A DNA stretch of 64,000 bases from Mustelus asterias (GCF_964213995.1 NC_135830.1:12710001-12774000), one strand, 5' to 3'; counted from the first letter of the stretch, positions 42,097 to 54,538 are shown. A program made the numbers and translations. The notes: a model not told the origin generated them from the letters alone.

Positions 42097-42748
42097 GAGT
42101 GGATAGAGCTGTGAAGAAGGCCTATAGTGTATTAGCTTTTATTAACAGGGGGTTGGAGTTTAAGAGCCGTGGGGTTATGCTGCAACTGTACAGGACCTTG
42201 GTGAGACCACATTTGGAATATTGTGTGCAGTTCTGGTCACCTCACTATAAGAAGGATATGGAAGCGCTGGAAAGAGTGCAGAGCAGATTTACTAGGATGC
42301 TGCCTGGTTTGGATGGTAGGTCTTATGAGGAAAGGTTGAAGGAGCTAGGGCTGTTCTCTCTGGAGCGGAGGAGGCTGAGGGAAGACTTAATAGAGGTTTA
42401 TAAAATAATGAAGGGGATAGATAGAGTGAACGTTCAAAGACTATTTCCTCGGGTGGATGGAGCTATTACAAGGGGGCATAACTATAGGGTTCATGGTGGG
42501 AGATATAGGAAGGATATCAGAGGTAGTTTCTTTACGCAGAGAGTGGTTTGGGTGTGGAATGGACTGCCTGCAGTGATAGTGGAGTCAGACACTTTAGGAA
42601 CATTTAAGCGGTTATTGGATAGGCACATGGAGCACACCAGGATGATAGGGAGTGGGATAGCTTGATCTTGGTTTCAGATAAAGCTCGGCACAACATCGTG
42701 GGCCGAAGGGCCTGTTCTGTGCTGTACTGTTCTATGTTCTATGTTCTA
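42097..42748 (+). mobile_element. Young CR1 3' fragment, same subfamily as 20411-21828
   Basis: ORF 42099-42665 is nearly identical to the C-terminus of ORF 20467-21738; TTCTATG tail. Confidence 0.93.
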
Positions 42749-43060
42749 AAAGCAGCGGCATGAGTGAGGGGCCGTTCGGTTTTGAAAATAGCGCTATTAG
42801 GATATGCCGTGGAGCTAGGCATTTAACAATGTCTAAATTACGTACTTTGTAATTCAAGAGTTATTTACAATTTCACAGAGAACACTTTACAGAAAGATAT
42901 AGCTTAAAGTTGACCCCAGGTGAATACACAAACTGAGCGTCACAATGAGAACAGCATATTGATCGTCTAAACTGGCAATTGTCTAAAACTGGAGAGAAAA
43001 AAACGGGGCCTCTACATAAGGTGCAGTGAGAAATGCTAAATAACAAATAACCACTAATTT

Positions 43061-43275
43061 ACAGTACGAAGTCTCATAACACCAGGTTAAAGTCCAAAAG
43101 GTTCATTTGGTATCATGAGCTTTTGGAGAGCTGCTCCTTCATCAGGTGACTCAGTTGATGAAGGAGCAGCGCTTCGAAAGCTTGTGATATCAAATAAACC
43201 CGTTGCACTTTAACCTGGTGTTGTGAGACTTCTTACTGTGCACACCCCCGTCCAACGCCGGCATCTTCACATCAT
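43061..43275. mobile_element. Palindromic Penelope-like element remnant with a degenerate hammerhead-ribozyme motif
   Basis: Inverted arms 43061-43146 and ~43155-43239; (C/T)TGATGA-AGGAGCAGCGCTTC-GAAA motif; flanking CACTA(A/G)TTTACA direct repeat. Confidence 0.7.
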
Positions 43276-43534
43276 CACTAGTTTACAAATCAATTCAAAC
43301 AATGGTGAAACTCAAAGATGCAATCATATTATCGACATGGTTATCTCATTCAATTAAAACAGAAAAGAATAACAAAAATCCAGCTTATATTGCTATCCTG
43401 ATTTTGGATTCGGATCTGTTCACTGGAGGCAGTTTAACTTTGAGGATCACGATGATAACGTACTTTCATTCCATAGGACCATTTTGTGAATAAACTGATG
43501 GGAAAATACCACACGATTTCCGAAATTCAATCAA

Positions 43535-43543
43535 TCACTCCAC
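43535..43543 (-). CDS. Ig heavy-chain transmembrane exon TM2 (VE-stop)
   Basis: tattttatttctattttgcag|GTG GAG TGA, phase 0, 141 bp after the TM1 donor. Confidence 0.8.
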   Translation of the reverse strand: ME

Positions 43544-43684
43544 CTGCAAAATAGAAATAAAATAACTAAACAACCGTTTTATGTGTTTGAGATATTTACC
43601 TAAAAGCTCTTATTAATTGAGACTTCTGGACATTTTCAATATTCTCCTATCTGATTCAAATATGAGTGGATTGAATCATCTCAC

Positions 43685-43812
43685 CTTCATCAGAGTGACT
43701 GCAGCGCTGTACGACATGCTCAGGAAGAACAGGACGATGAATGTACAAGCGGTTGTCCAGATGCTACTGTTATCATCCTCCTTGACTGCAATCCAGATGG
43801 ACTCTGTGGAAT
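43685..43812 (-). CDS. Ig heavy-chain transmembrane exon TM1
   Basis: tag|(D)STESIWIAVKEDDNSSIWTTACTFIVLFFLSMSYSAAVTLMK|gtgaga matches the IgH membrane motif WTTASTFIVLFxLSxxYSxxVT. Open frame, phase-1 acceptor. Confidence 0.9.
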
Positions 43813-44292
43813 CTACCGTATGGTATAGGGGATATTTTTAGATCCTCTGTTAACCTAGGATATTATTTTGGTTGTTCGTCTTTTATTTCTTCAAGCTATT
43901 ATGTTGTTTTCTGATATAATTCTCAAGCCTGTCTGTTATTAAATTAGTCGCGTAATGCAATTTTAAATACATATATTATTAAGTTAACCTCTGTCAGCAA
44001 GATAAGGTGTTACAATCTCCACAACCGTTCTTCTTTTATTTTCCACAGACAGTCCGTTTTCGAAAATATATTTTATTCCTCAACCTGAGGCGTCTATTTC
44101 GTCTGGTGTAATTTTCCGCCAACTGTCAGTAAACAATACTATGAAGACTAAACAGGTGATGTTAACTGATATGGACTGAGTAACTTGGGTCTACATTCTC
44201 CCCAGTTTAGAAAAATGAGAGGAGATCACATTGAAACAAAATAATCGGAAAGGATGTGACGAGGTAGACACTTCATCGCAACATCGTTCATG

Positions 44293-44456
44293 GCTAAACC
44301 ACCCAAACTGCACATCTTTGGAGTGTGGGATGAAACCGGAGAACCCGGGGGAAACTCACGCAGGTACGAGGAGAACGTGCAGACTCAACACAGACAGTCC
44401 ACCCAAGGTCGGAGTTGAACCCGGGTCCCAATCGCTGTGAGGCAGCACTGCCACCC
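44293..44456 (-). mobile_element. HE1-like SINE fragment
   Basis: GGGTTCAACTCCGACCTTGGG..GAGTCTGCACGTTCTCC core. Confidence 0.75.
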
Positions 44457-46058
44457 AGGTCTGTGCACCTGCATATGAGGACGTAGGTACATCTGAACAC
44501 AAATAATTCAGTTATTTACAAAAGGACTTTGCAAATAATTCCAATTCTCTTTAAGCATGTCATGATAATTCATTGAGTATTCACTTACAGATACTATGCC
44601 TCAGTCAAAACCTAAATGCAATGACTGTCTTGGACGCTGTTGAAAGTGATGTACAGCTGGCCATTCCGCTGCCAAGGCAATGCATCTTTCAAATGACTCA
44701 CTGAATTTCTATCCTCTTTTTCTCGGTCTCAAACTACCTAAATCAGATAGTCTCCCTTCTTTCTCTCAGTTTCCATGAAATCACTTACATAGGCACCGAA
44801 GAACCGAACTTGACAAAACAAATGTTTAAGTTTGCACCTTGTGACTGAAAGTATGAAACCCAAAACTCTCATCAGAGGAAAATTCAGTACCAGAAGAACA
44901 TTAGCTCGCTCACTGAGCCTCTCTCCTCGCTTCATTTCAAACGACACCTAACAACTTGAAACTTTCAAATTAAAACACTCTTTGGGAAAAATATCGCTTT
45001 AATTTACCTTCTTTTCTCCCAGTAAGAAAACTCGGGCTATCTCCCCTTCAATTAATGCATTTAAAACCCAAATTGTGTCCTTTCTTGAATTGTTTAAAAT
45101 GGGAATGGAGGTAAATGTAATGCTGAGAGCGGCAGCAGTCTGCGTATTTGTTCTTGATGCTGTCAGAAGAGAGTTCACCCTCACAGGCAGAAAGACTGTT
45201 CACGGTGATAACATCAAACTGACGCCAGCTGTTTCATTCTCAGGTAACACAACTTCCTGTTTTTCTGCTGCTGGTTCGAAACCTCACATCTCACTTCTGA
45301 GCAGAAAATAAATCCAGCAGCAACAATCTGGCGAGAACATCTGTCAATGCGGCCTATATCTGTCCACAGAGTCAGAGCAGAGTCACACAGATCACATTGC
45401 GGTGACATTTACAAATGAGCCTCTTGTAATCATTTAAAATTTCCATTCCAGGACATAACTGGATAGTCAGTGGATCAGTCACTGCGTTCCCTCCGTTCTG
45501 TGAAGGTGGGAAATAATAGCTTGCTGCCTTTCATTATTTTATCAATTTCCTTTCCTCTTTAACTTGCTTTTTTTTCTTTTAACTGTCAGCATCCCGTCTT
45601 CCATTCGCATTTTAATTGACCCATCTCTACCTTTCTCCATTGGCCTGTGACTCTATTTAATGAAAGTGTGCAAAGTCATGATGGTAGGAGTGCAGTAACT
45701 AAAGAAAATCTTTTCAACTGGGAGGAGGGTTGGTAACCAATGGGCACGTGTTTATTTTATTGAACAGGAAGATAGAAGGATAATTCATACTTTTATGCCG
45801 TGACTTGTTATGAACTGGAATAAATAGCTTGAAAGAGTGATGGAGTCAGACTTCACAGTAACTTTGGAAAATAAATTAGATACATACTTGATGGAGTAAA
45901 ATTTGAAGGATCATGGTGAATAGGCCCATTTTTATGGTTTACCTATATCATTGTCCTGGCTTTTTCTCTATATCTATCACTGTCCTTTACAGAGATTGAA
46001 TAAAATGCAATATTTATACAGCTGTCTTCTTGCACTAACCTGTCTTTTAACAGAATGT

Positions 46059-46083
46059 CTGTGTGTGTGTGTGTGTGTGTGTG
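46059..46083. repeat. (GT)n microsatellite
   Basis: Read directly. Confidence 0.9.
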
Positions 46084-47964
46084 TCGATGATTACCAGCAA
46101 ACATTCATAAATTCATTGCTATTTACAAACCATCACCATGAACAGAATAACACTGGATAGAATTTGTTTAGGAAAAGCACAATTACCCTTCATATTTGTT
46201 GCACTTTTGTTCCCTCTGATGAGGTTTTGATGTTTTAACTTTTCAGTCATCACATGTCCTATGCTGATGATTTAAACCTGGGTTTCTACAAACTGCCGGA
46301 TCTGACTTTTGTCTGTCTGTGTAAATGGGGAACTGTTGGTAAGATTGAGAAGGAACAGATTTTCTTCTGTTCCTCTGAGAAATGCAGCATTGTCACCTCA
46401 GATTTCAGAAATATCTAGAGTCCACCATGATTCTTCCCCCCACCTATCCCCCCCTCCCGCCACCCCCCCCACCACCCGCCCCACCCCCCCACCGCCCCAC
46501 CTCCCCCTCCCCGCCCCACCCCCCACCGCCCTTGGGAATAACAGCTTTTAATCAGTTAATCACTCCGGCCTTTGCCATGGTGTTTCCGCTGTGTGTTTGC
46601 CACACAAATTCCTGTGTCACTTACCCTGACACAGAAACCTGCGCAAAGGCCCCAAGATTCATTGCTTCCTTCGATCAGGATCCAGTCTGACCCCAGGCCC
46701 GGAACTCTCTCTTCTCAATGCATTGTAGCGGTCGTTCAAATATTCAAATTCTAACGCTGTAATTCTGTATGATTATTTTTAGTGACCGTTAGCCAGTCAG
46801 ATCTGAATAAGAACCTATCTCTCGTATTGTTGTATTTGACTCCTCCCAATTATTATTGAACAAAATACTTTCTTTCTGGAATGATCACACAAATAACTAT
46901 TTATTCTCATGTTATATCAGATCCTGTCTCTCTTATTCTATCTGGCCCATATATTGGTTCCCATTACTCTGACGGACAGTTTATGTTATCATTGCATTGA
47001 CACATCTGTCTATACAAGACCAGATTCAGCCTCTGTGATTGCTGCACTATTTCTAATCATTCGTGGGATGCGGGTATCGCTGGCTCGGTCGCCCCTTTCC
47101 TTATTGCCCTTGAGAAAGTGGCGATGAGCGACTATCGTGAACAGCAGTAGTCCATATTCACCAGCCCGTGTTAATGTATTTATTATACAAGGTCAGGTCT
47201 CTCTTTATGATACATCTGATCTTGAGATATTTTATATTAGGTTATCCAGATTATACAACCTATGGACGGTCCAAAATGTTTAGGATGATCATCATGGAAT
47301 TGGTGAAAGTGACGTTTAAAGACTGTAGAAGCTGAAATATTGAACCTTCTCTGAACAGCAGCAGATGTTTCAACCCTTTGCACCAATAGGAATAAGAAGT
47401 CTGAGAATTACCGATGTATTGATATCCTGTCAGGTATAGGTCCGGGTGCAATTTCGCCAACATTTTTACAAACGAACACACATTCGAGGTATATACCAAG
47501 AGTTTTTGGTGAAATGCTGAGACTAAAAATTGCCAGAATACGCTCTCCATTCGCGATTTAATTTATTCCATTTACCAACTGATCTCTAAAGCCAGATAGA
47601 TCGACGCTGAGAACGAAATATTCCGTCTGAAATAACTTTGTAAACAAGAGCACACAACGGAATGGTTATCAATAAATAGTTACAGTTTTAAATGCACTTC
47701 AATTGAAATACGTGAACTATTTGGGGTTTTCGTACATTCACAGCAGGCGGAAATGGATTGAAGGTTGTCACTGGAACAATTGAAGGGAAATTGTCCAAAA
47801 TAATGATAATAATCTTCAAAGAAATTTATTAGAAAATAAAATATTTGACACAACGAAGCATTCAAATATCAAATATCCAAGGCGTGGACTGATGTGATAT
47901 TTAACAAACATAGAGCCATAGAATCCCTACATCATAGAATAATATAATCCCGATAGTACAGCAC

Positions 47965-48315
47965 GGGCAGCACGGTAGCACAGTGGTTAGCACTGTTGCT
48001 TCGCAGCTCCAGGGATCTGGGTTCGATTCCCGGCTTGGGTCACTGTCTGTGTGGAGTTTGCACATTCTCCTCGTGTCTGCGTGGGTTTCCTCCGGGTGCT
48101 CCGGTTTCCTTCCACAGTCCAAAGATGTGCGGGTTAGGTTGATTGGCCATGCTAAAATTGCCCTTAGTGTCCTGGGATGCGTAGGTTAGAGGGATTAATG
48201 GGTAAAATATGCAGGGATATGGGGGTAGGGCCTGGGTGGGATTGTGGTCGGCGCAGACTCGATGGGCCGAATGGCCTCTTTCTGTGCTGTAGGGTTTCTA
48301 TGATTCTATGATTCT
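47965..48315 (+). mobile_element. HE1 SINE, full length
   Basis: Head and tail as in 41366-41712. Confidence 0.92.
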
Positions 48316-48590
48316 ACAGAAAGAGCCTATCGAGTCTGCACTGATCCCAATTCCCATAACCCCACTTATTTTACCCTGCTCATTCCCTGACACTAAGAAG
48401 CAATTCAGTATGGCCAATCAACCTAACCAGCGCATCGTTGGACTGTGGGAGTGAACTGGAGCACCCGGAGGAAGCCCACGGAGACACGGGGAGAGCGTGC
48501 AAACTCCACACAGTCACCTGAGGCCGGAATTGAATCCGGATCCCCGGCACAATGAGACAGCAGTGCTAACAACTGCGCCACAGTGCCACT
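48316..48590 (-). mobile_element. Older HE1-like SINE, tail-to-tail with the previous copy
   Basis: GTGGCACTGTGGCGCAGTTGTTAGCACTGCTG head on the minus strand. Confidence 0.8.
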
Positions 48591-49094
48591 ACAGTGAACG
48601 ACGCCATTCGGCACATCTAGTCTGCACTGACTCTTCGAAAAAGCACCCCATCCAGGCCTTCCCTCTGCCCTATCCCTGTAAACCCCACACATTTACCACT
48701 GCTAATCCACATTATGGCACGTCTTTGGGGGCAATTTATCGTGGCCAATCCACCTAACATGGTCTACTTTCATGTACACGAGGGACAAGCTTTTGTGCAG
48801 CAAGACAGAGACAGGGCTGAGTGCACCAATTATTGACACAGCACCTGTATCAATAAGAATGGAGGCAGCGTCCAGTTCAGTAATTACTGGGAGAGTCTCG
48901 CGTATTTGTAAGCAGTCTGTTTTTTGTCTTATGAACAAAGACATGCAGTATGTAGTTGTAACAAAGACAAGGTCTATTCAAATATAAGTAAATACAATGT
49001 GCACTGTAATTTAAACTGAGACAGGTTCTAGCGCAATATGAAATGAGATAGGCGCTCTCGGAATTTAAGCAAGGATATCATCTATCATGATATA

Positions 49095-49795
49095 AACAAA
49101 GAAAAGATTACAGTACAGCACATCAACAGGCACTTCGGCTCGCCAAGCCTGGGCCGATCACATTGTCCTAACTCGACCAACCGTCTGTACCCCTCTATTC
49201 CGTCTGTTCATGTGTCTAAAAAGATAAGCCTTAAATGTGCCTCAACCACCTTACTTGGCAGTGCATTCCAGGCCCCCACCACTCTCTGTGTAAAAAGCTT
49301 TCCCCGCACATCTCGACTGAACCTTTTGAACTTGTACCCCTTTGTAATTGTCATTTCTGCCCCGGGAATAAGCTTCCAACTGTTCGCCCTATCTATACCC
49401 CTCATAATTTTATAAACGTCTATCAGGTCGCCCCTCAGCCTCCGTCATTCCAGGGAGAACAATCCTAGTTTATTCAATCCCTCCTCATAGCTAATGCCCT
49501 CTATGCCAGGCAACATTCTGGTAAACCTTTTCTGTACTCTCTCCAAAGCCTCCAAATCCTTCTGGTAGTGTGCTGACCAGAATTGGACACAGTATTCTAA
49601 ATGTAGCCTACCCAACGTTCTATATAACCTTGTAACATAACTTGCCAACTTTTATACTCGATACCCCATCCAATGAAGACTAGCACGCCAAATCCTTTCT
49701 TCACCAGCTTTTCCACTGTGCTACCACTTTTAAGGATCTGTGGACCTGAACGACAAGATCTGTGTGTCTATGCTCCTGATGGATCTGACATTTAA
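49095..49795 (-). mobile_element. CR1 3' fragment
   Basis: LEYCVQFWS, LGLFSLE, FTQRVVGAWN. Confidence 0.88.
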
Positions 49796-49802
49796 CAGAG
49801 AT

Positions 49803-50056
49803 GTTCGTGGTGGGAGATACAGGAAGGATATCAGAGGTAGGTTCTTTACGCAGAGAGTGGTTGGGGTGTGGAATGGACTGCCTGCAGTGATAGAGGAGTC
49901 AGACACTTTAGGAACATTTAAGCGGTTATTGGATAGGCACATGGAGCACACCAGGATGATAGGGAGTGGGATAGCTTGATCTTGGTTTCAGATAAAGCTC
50001 GGCACAACATCGTGGGCCGAAGGGCCTGTTCTGTGCTGTACTGTTCTATGTTCTAT
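49803..50056 (+). mobile_element. Short young CR1 3' end
   Basis: GGRYRKDIRGRFFTQRVVGVWN...GSGIA and TTCTATG tail. Confidence 0.9.
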
Positions 50057-50995
50057 ATGTGGTGCAGTGGAATGAAAAGCGAGGCAATGCTCATTAAAGT
50101 AATAATTGAGAGAGGATAGAGTGAAAAATGAACAGAGATACGGTTTAGCGCATTAGCAACAGAGAGAGGATCAAGCGCAATAAAACTGACACCAGGCCGA
50201 GTGTAATTTTGTCTGATTCTGGACATTGTGTATAAACTGAGTCAAAGCCTGATGCAGTAACTGTAGACCAAGATCTTAGATTAACATTAGCTTTGACATG
50301 GACAAGTGCAGCAATAAATGAAACATGACAGAGGACAATAATAACAGAGACAGCATGTTGTTTGGAATAAACATGGAGGTGGACTGATACAGCAGTGATT
50401 GAGATGTGGTCTAGATTAGTGTACGTGTGCAGGTTCCAGCAACGTAATAACTGCGACAGAGTCACATGTAATGCAATGAGTAACATTTTCTGGTACAGTA
50501 TCAGGGGAGATAAGGTCTCGTGAAGTAACAACTGAGAAATGGAGAATTGTGGTATTAGTCGAGAATTAAATATGTGCTGCCGTAACTGCCAGAATGCAGG
50601 GTGTAATATCAACTGAGGCTTAGTTCAGTATAATAGCAACTGGGATTTTGCCGAGTGCACAAGCGACTGAAAATTGTTGTCATGTAATCAGAAATGACAC
50701 AGATTCCGTGTCATATAAACAGAGGCAGATCTAGTTTTAGATGAGCAGAGGTTGAGTCCATTGCAATAATAATTGAAATTATGTATGTGTCATTGGAGAG
50801 CAAATTGAATGAATCATATCCCGAATGATGAGTGAATTGCTGGCAATTGATCATCTCATCATCTCACAGAAATTCTTGATATGTGTGCTAATTGGTGAAA
50901 ATGATGGCTAAAATGCACCTACTCGTAACGGAATCGGAGTGGACAACAGAAATGTCCGTTGACCTCAGGCGGGAACTTCCGGTCTCGATCCAGCG

Positions 50996-51197
50996 ACAGT
51001 AAGAAGTCTCCCAACACCCGATTAAAGTTCAACAGGGTTATTTGGATGCACGAGCTTTTGGAGCACTGCTTCTCATCAGTTGAGGGGCAGCGCTCCGAAA
51101 GCTCATGCTACCAAATAAATCTGTTGGACTTTAACCTGGTGTTGTGAAACTTCTTAATGTGCCTGCCCCAGTCCAACGCCGGCATCTCCATATCATC
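50996..51197. mobile_element. Second palindromic Penelope-like remnant, same family as 43061-43275
   Basis: Same inverted arms and the same GTCCAACGCCGGCATCT tail. Confidence 0.7.
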
Positions 51198-51706
51198 GCT
51201 CGAGCGAAACCTTAAAATCCCATCTGCTTCATGTAATGCCAACAATCACGGTTGCACTGCCCTCTACTGGAAACATTTTGCTATTGCAGATGTTGTGAAA
51301 ATACCAATTTTAGATGTTGTTTCATTATAATTTCATGCGATGCAAACATCGCTGGCAAGGCCATCATTTGTTGGCAATCTCTGATACCATGCATTTATTG
51401 GTTTTCTAAGCATCTCGGAGGACAGTTGACAGTCAACCACGTTGCTGTGAGACTGGAGTCACCTATAGTCCAAACTGGATAAAGATGAAAGGTTTCTTTC
51501 CTTGCAGGACATTAGCGAATCAGATGTGCTTTTCGGGAATCATCTAATTACATTACAGAAACTAGCTTCAAATTCCAAATTCTAATTGCATTTTTGAATC
51601 ACACATTCTGCTGTAGTGAGATTTGAACACATGTACTAAGAAAATTGTCTGAGCCTCAAAACGACTGACTCGGTGATATTACCACAATGTGACTGTCTCC
51701 CTTTTC

Positions 51707-52044
51707 ATAGAATCATAGAAACCCTACAGTGCAGAAGGAGGCCATTCGGCCCATCGAGTCTGCACCGACCACAATCCCACCCAGGCCCTACCCCCACATA
51801 TTTACCCGCTAATCCCTCTAACCTACGCATCCCAGGACTCTAAGGGGCAATTTTTAACCTGGCCAATCAACCTGACCCGCACATCTTTGGCCTGTGGGAG
51901 GAAACCGGAGCACCCGGAGGAAACCCACGCAGACACGAGGAGAATGTGCAAACTCCACACAGACAGTGACCCGAGCCGGGAATCGAACCCGGGACCCTAG
52001 AGCTGTGAAGCAGCAGTGCTAACCACTGTGCTACCGTGCCGCCC
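51707..52044 (-). mobile_element. HE1 SINE, full length, inserted in the tail of an older CR1 fragment (~52045-52420)
   Basis: Reverse-complement HE1 with CATAGAAT at both ends. Confidence 0.92.
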
Positions 52045-53970
52045 ATAGAATGCCTACTGTATAGAAGAAGACCATTTGACACGTCGTGTCTGTTTGAGCC
52101 CTCCAAAAGGAGCAATCCACCCAATTGCACTCTATACTCCGCAGTCTAGCATTTTGTTCGCTTCCGGTTAATAATCCAAAACCATTTTGAAAGCATCAAT
52201 TGACCCTGTCTCTACCACACTCTCAAACAGCTAATTCCAGATCTGAATCACTCACTGTGTGAAAACATTTTTCCCCTTGCGTCTGTGGCCAAATAACTTC
52301 AATCTGTGCCCTGTGGTACAAGATCCTTCCGCCAATGTGAAATGTTCGTCTCCATCTACCCTGTACAGACCATTCGTTATTGTTAATACCTTTATCAGAT
52401 CACCTCCGTGCCAACCCGTCAAGGAAAGCAGTCTAGTTTAGTGTATACGTGGCAGATTTTAGCAAAGTTAGAACTAAGACAGAGCCTCGTGTAATGCAAA
52501 CAGCAACATGTTCAGTTAGTATCAGGAGAGACAGGATCTAGTGAATTAAAAACTGAGGAATTGATACTATTATGATATTCGCTGAGATTTAATTCTGTGC
52601 TGTCACATATCAATTGAGGCTTGGTTCAGTATAATATCAATTGGGATTTTTCCCAGTACAGAAACAGCTGATAATTATGGGCACACAATCTCACAAACGA
52701 TTTAGTGTCACATAAACAGAGACTGGGTCAAGTTTAAGATGAGTAGAGACTGAGTCCTTTGCAGTAATAATTGAGACAATCTCTGTTTCATGCGATGCCA
52801 ACAAACGCGGTTTCATTGCCATCTACTGGATGCACTTTGCTGTTGCAGATATTGTGAAAATGGCTACTTTTATTACTTATGACTGCACTCGGCATTAGCA
52901 AAGTGGATGAGTTCTTAAGGACCAGAGTCTTATGGCCAACAATACTGAAACTAGCTTTAAATTTTAATTGCATGTTTGAATCCCACGTCGCACTGCCCGG
53001 ACTCAGCCATCATCAAAATGAATGGCGGAGCAGGTCCGAAGGGCCGAATGCCCGACTCCGGCTTCTGGTTTCTAAATACAGCTGTTGACCCTTTATCTTA
53101 ATTGTCCTCGATCTTTTCAATTTATTTTCCCACCCTGCCCCTTCCCATCGTCAGCTTTTCACTCATTGTTGTACTTTCTTTCTACGAATATATAGCTTAA
53201 CGACTCAAAATATAGTTTTCTGCTTGGAATATTGAATCGGTCTGGCAAAACTCCAGTTCTCCTCAAACGGAAACTGTCACGTATTCTCTCTCCTTCTGTC
53301 CCCCGACATCGGAACGCTTATCCAAATATCTACCAGTGGGCGGCAGATCACAATATCCCTTCTGTGGATCACAGTACCTACAGTGACTTCATCAATGTTT
53401 CCCGAAAGACCTGATGCATCTTGAAATAAATGTAAGTTAAATGGTTGAATCCAACTTGCCTCAAATGATTTGGAGAAGGTACAGCGGTAAACATTCATCA
53501 CATAAATATCCGCATGTTGAAGGATTGGAGCCTGATATCGGTCAGAGGAAAGAGCGAGTGAAGGAAAGCGTGTCTGATGCAGGAAAGGATGTGAAAATGT
53601 GAATGAAAACCCAATTTGAGAGCTGGTTTTTGGATTACTTCACTGTCACCATTTCAGCGCCATTTCAGTGTATAATGAGTGAAAGTGACCCTGAAAGTTT
53701 TTCCGGGCCAGATGGTATTGAATTTTAGTTCATGAGAACTAACTTTACATTTCCCCGAGGGACTGTCAAGCTGTTGTCTGAGCTTCTCCCCCGTTGTTTG
53801 AACACATTGGTATCGAGTTACTGAAAGTGCTGACGTTATTCTCTCTTAAAGAGAGTCCCAATCCTGGGGTTCATGGCTCATTGAATGAAGGAGAACAAAC
53901 CAGACTGATGATAGTAATATTAATCAGACTCGGTCATTGAGTGGAATCCTGCTTACATTAGGGGAAGAAT

Positions 53971-54067
53971 ACAATCCAATCCAATCCAATCCAATCCAAT
54001 CCAAATAAGGGAACGGAACCGAATCCAATCCAATCCAAACCAAACCAAACCAATCCAATCCAATCCA
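53971..54067. repeat. (CAATC)n/(CAAAC)n microsatellite
   Basis: Read directly. Confidence 0.9.
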
Positions 54068-54091
54068 AAAACGTGAACATGGTGAGCATTA

Positions 54092-54450
54092 CAGACCAAA
54101 AGAGAAAATGCTGGAAAATCTCAGCAGGGATGACAGCATCTGTAAGAAGAGAAAAGAGCTGACGTTTCGAGTCCAGATGACCCTTTATCAAAGCTGGTAC
54201 CCGTAATCCTGGAAGTTACATGCGGGGTGGAATTTGAGTTAATATCCACGTGGGGCAAGTCAGAGACGAAGACAGTCACTGAGGAAGGAAATGTGGCTGT
54301 GGAAGCCATTCTTGGTAAATACCTTGTCCAACGCTGAGAGAAATGGAAAGCAGTGAAGGTGGATGGCGGGAGTGGGGCGGGAGGGCGGAAGGGGGGCGGT
54401 GGTTGTTGCCGGGAGAGACACATACGGAAATATCTGATCTTGGTGAGTAC
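54092..54450 (-). mobile_element. Penelope-like repeat fragment
   Basis: TTGATAAAGGGTCATCTGGACTCGAAACG..CAGATGCTG..CCTGCTGAG terminus and FHSHISFLSDCLRL peptide; a related bit at ~61735-61790. Confidence 0.55.
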
Positions 54451-54477
54451 AAGAATCAATAACCCTCGCCATGTTCA

Positions 54478-54516
54478 GGTTTCTGGGCAGCTCTCTCCGT
54501 GTTCTGTATCACTGTG
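54478..54516 (-). promoter_or_regulatory. Duplicate 23-RSS (CACAGTG-23-CCAGAAACC)
   Basis: 61-bp tandem copy of the primary RSS. Confidence 0.85.
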
Positions 54517-54538
54517 TCTGTAATCCTCACTATGTTCA

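Noticed and set aside
44080-44190. Minus-strand peptide TQVTQSISVNITCLV..SWRK as a CH or V remnant upstream of TM1
   Set aside because: Short, bounded by stops, atypical Cys-Trp spacing, no second Cys; probably chance.
45393-45419. CACATTG-11-ACAAATGAG as a 12-RSS for a D or J
   Set aside because: 11-nt spacer, weak nonamer, and no J motif or second RSS next to it.
46617-46665. Minus-strand MNLGAFAQVSVS|gtaagt as a leader or J exon
   Set aside because: Phase-2 donor, weakly hydrophobic, no downstream V exon and no RSS.
50140-52790. ORF 50145-50612 and neighbouring AT-rich tracts as genes
   Set aside because: Degenerate low-complexity repeat (similar tracts at ~50590-50790 and ~52610-52790); no recognisable domain.
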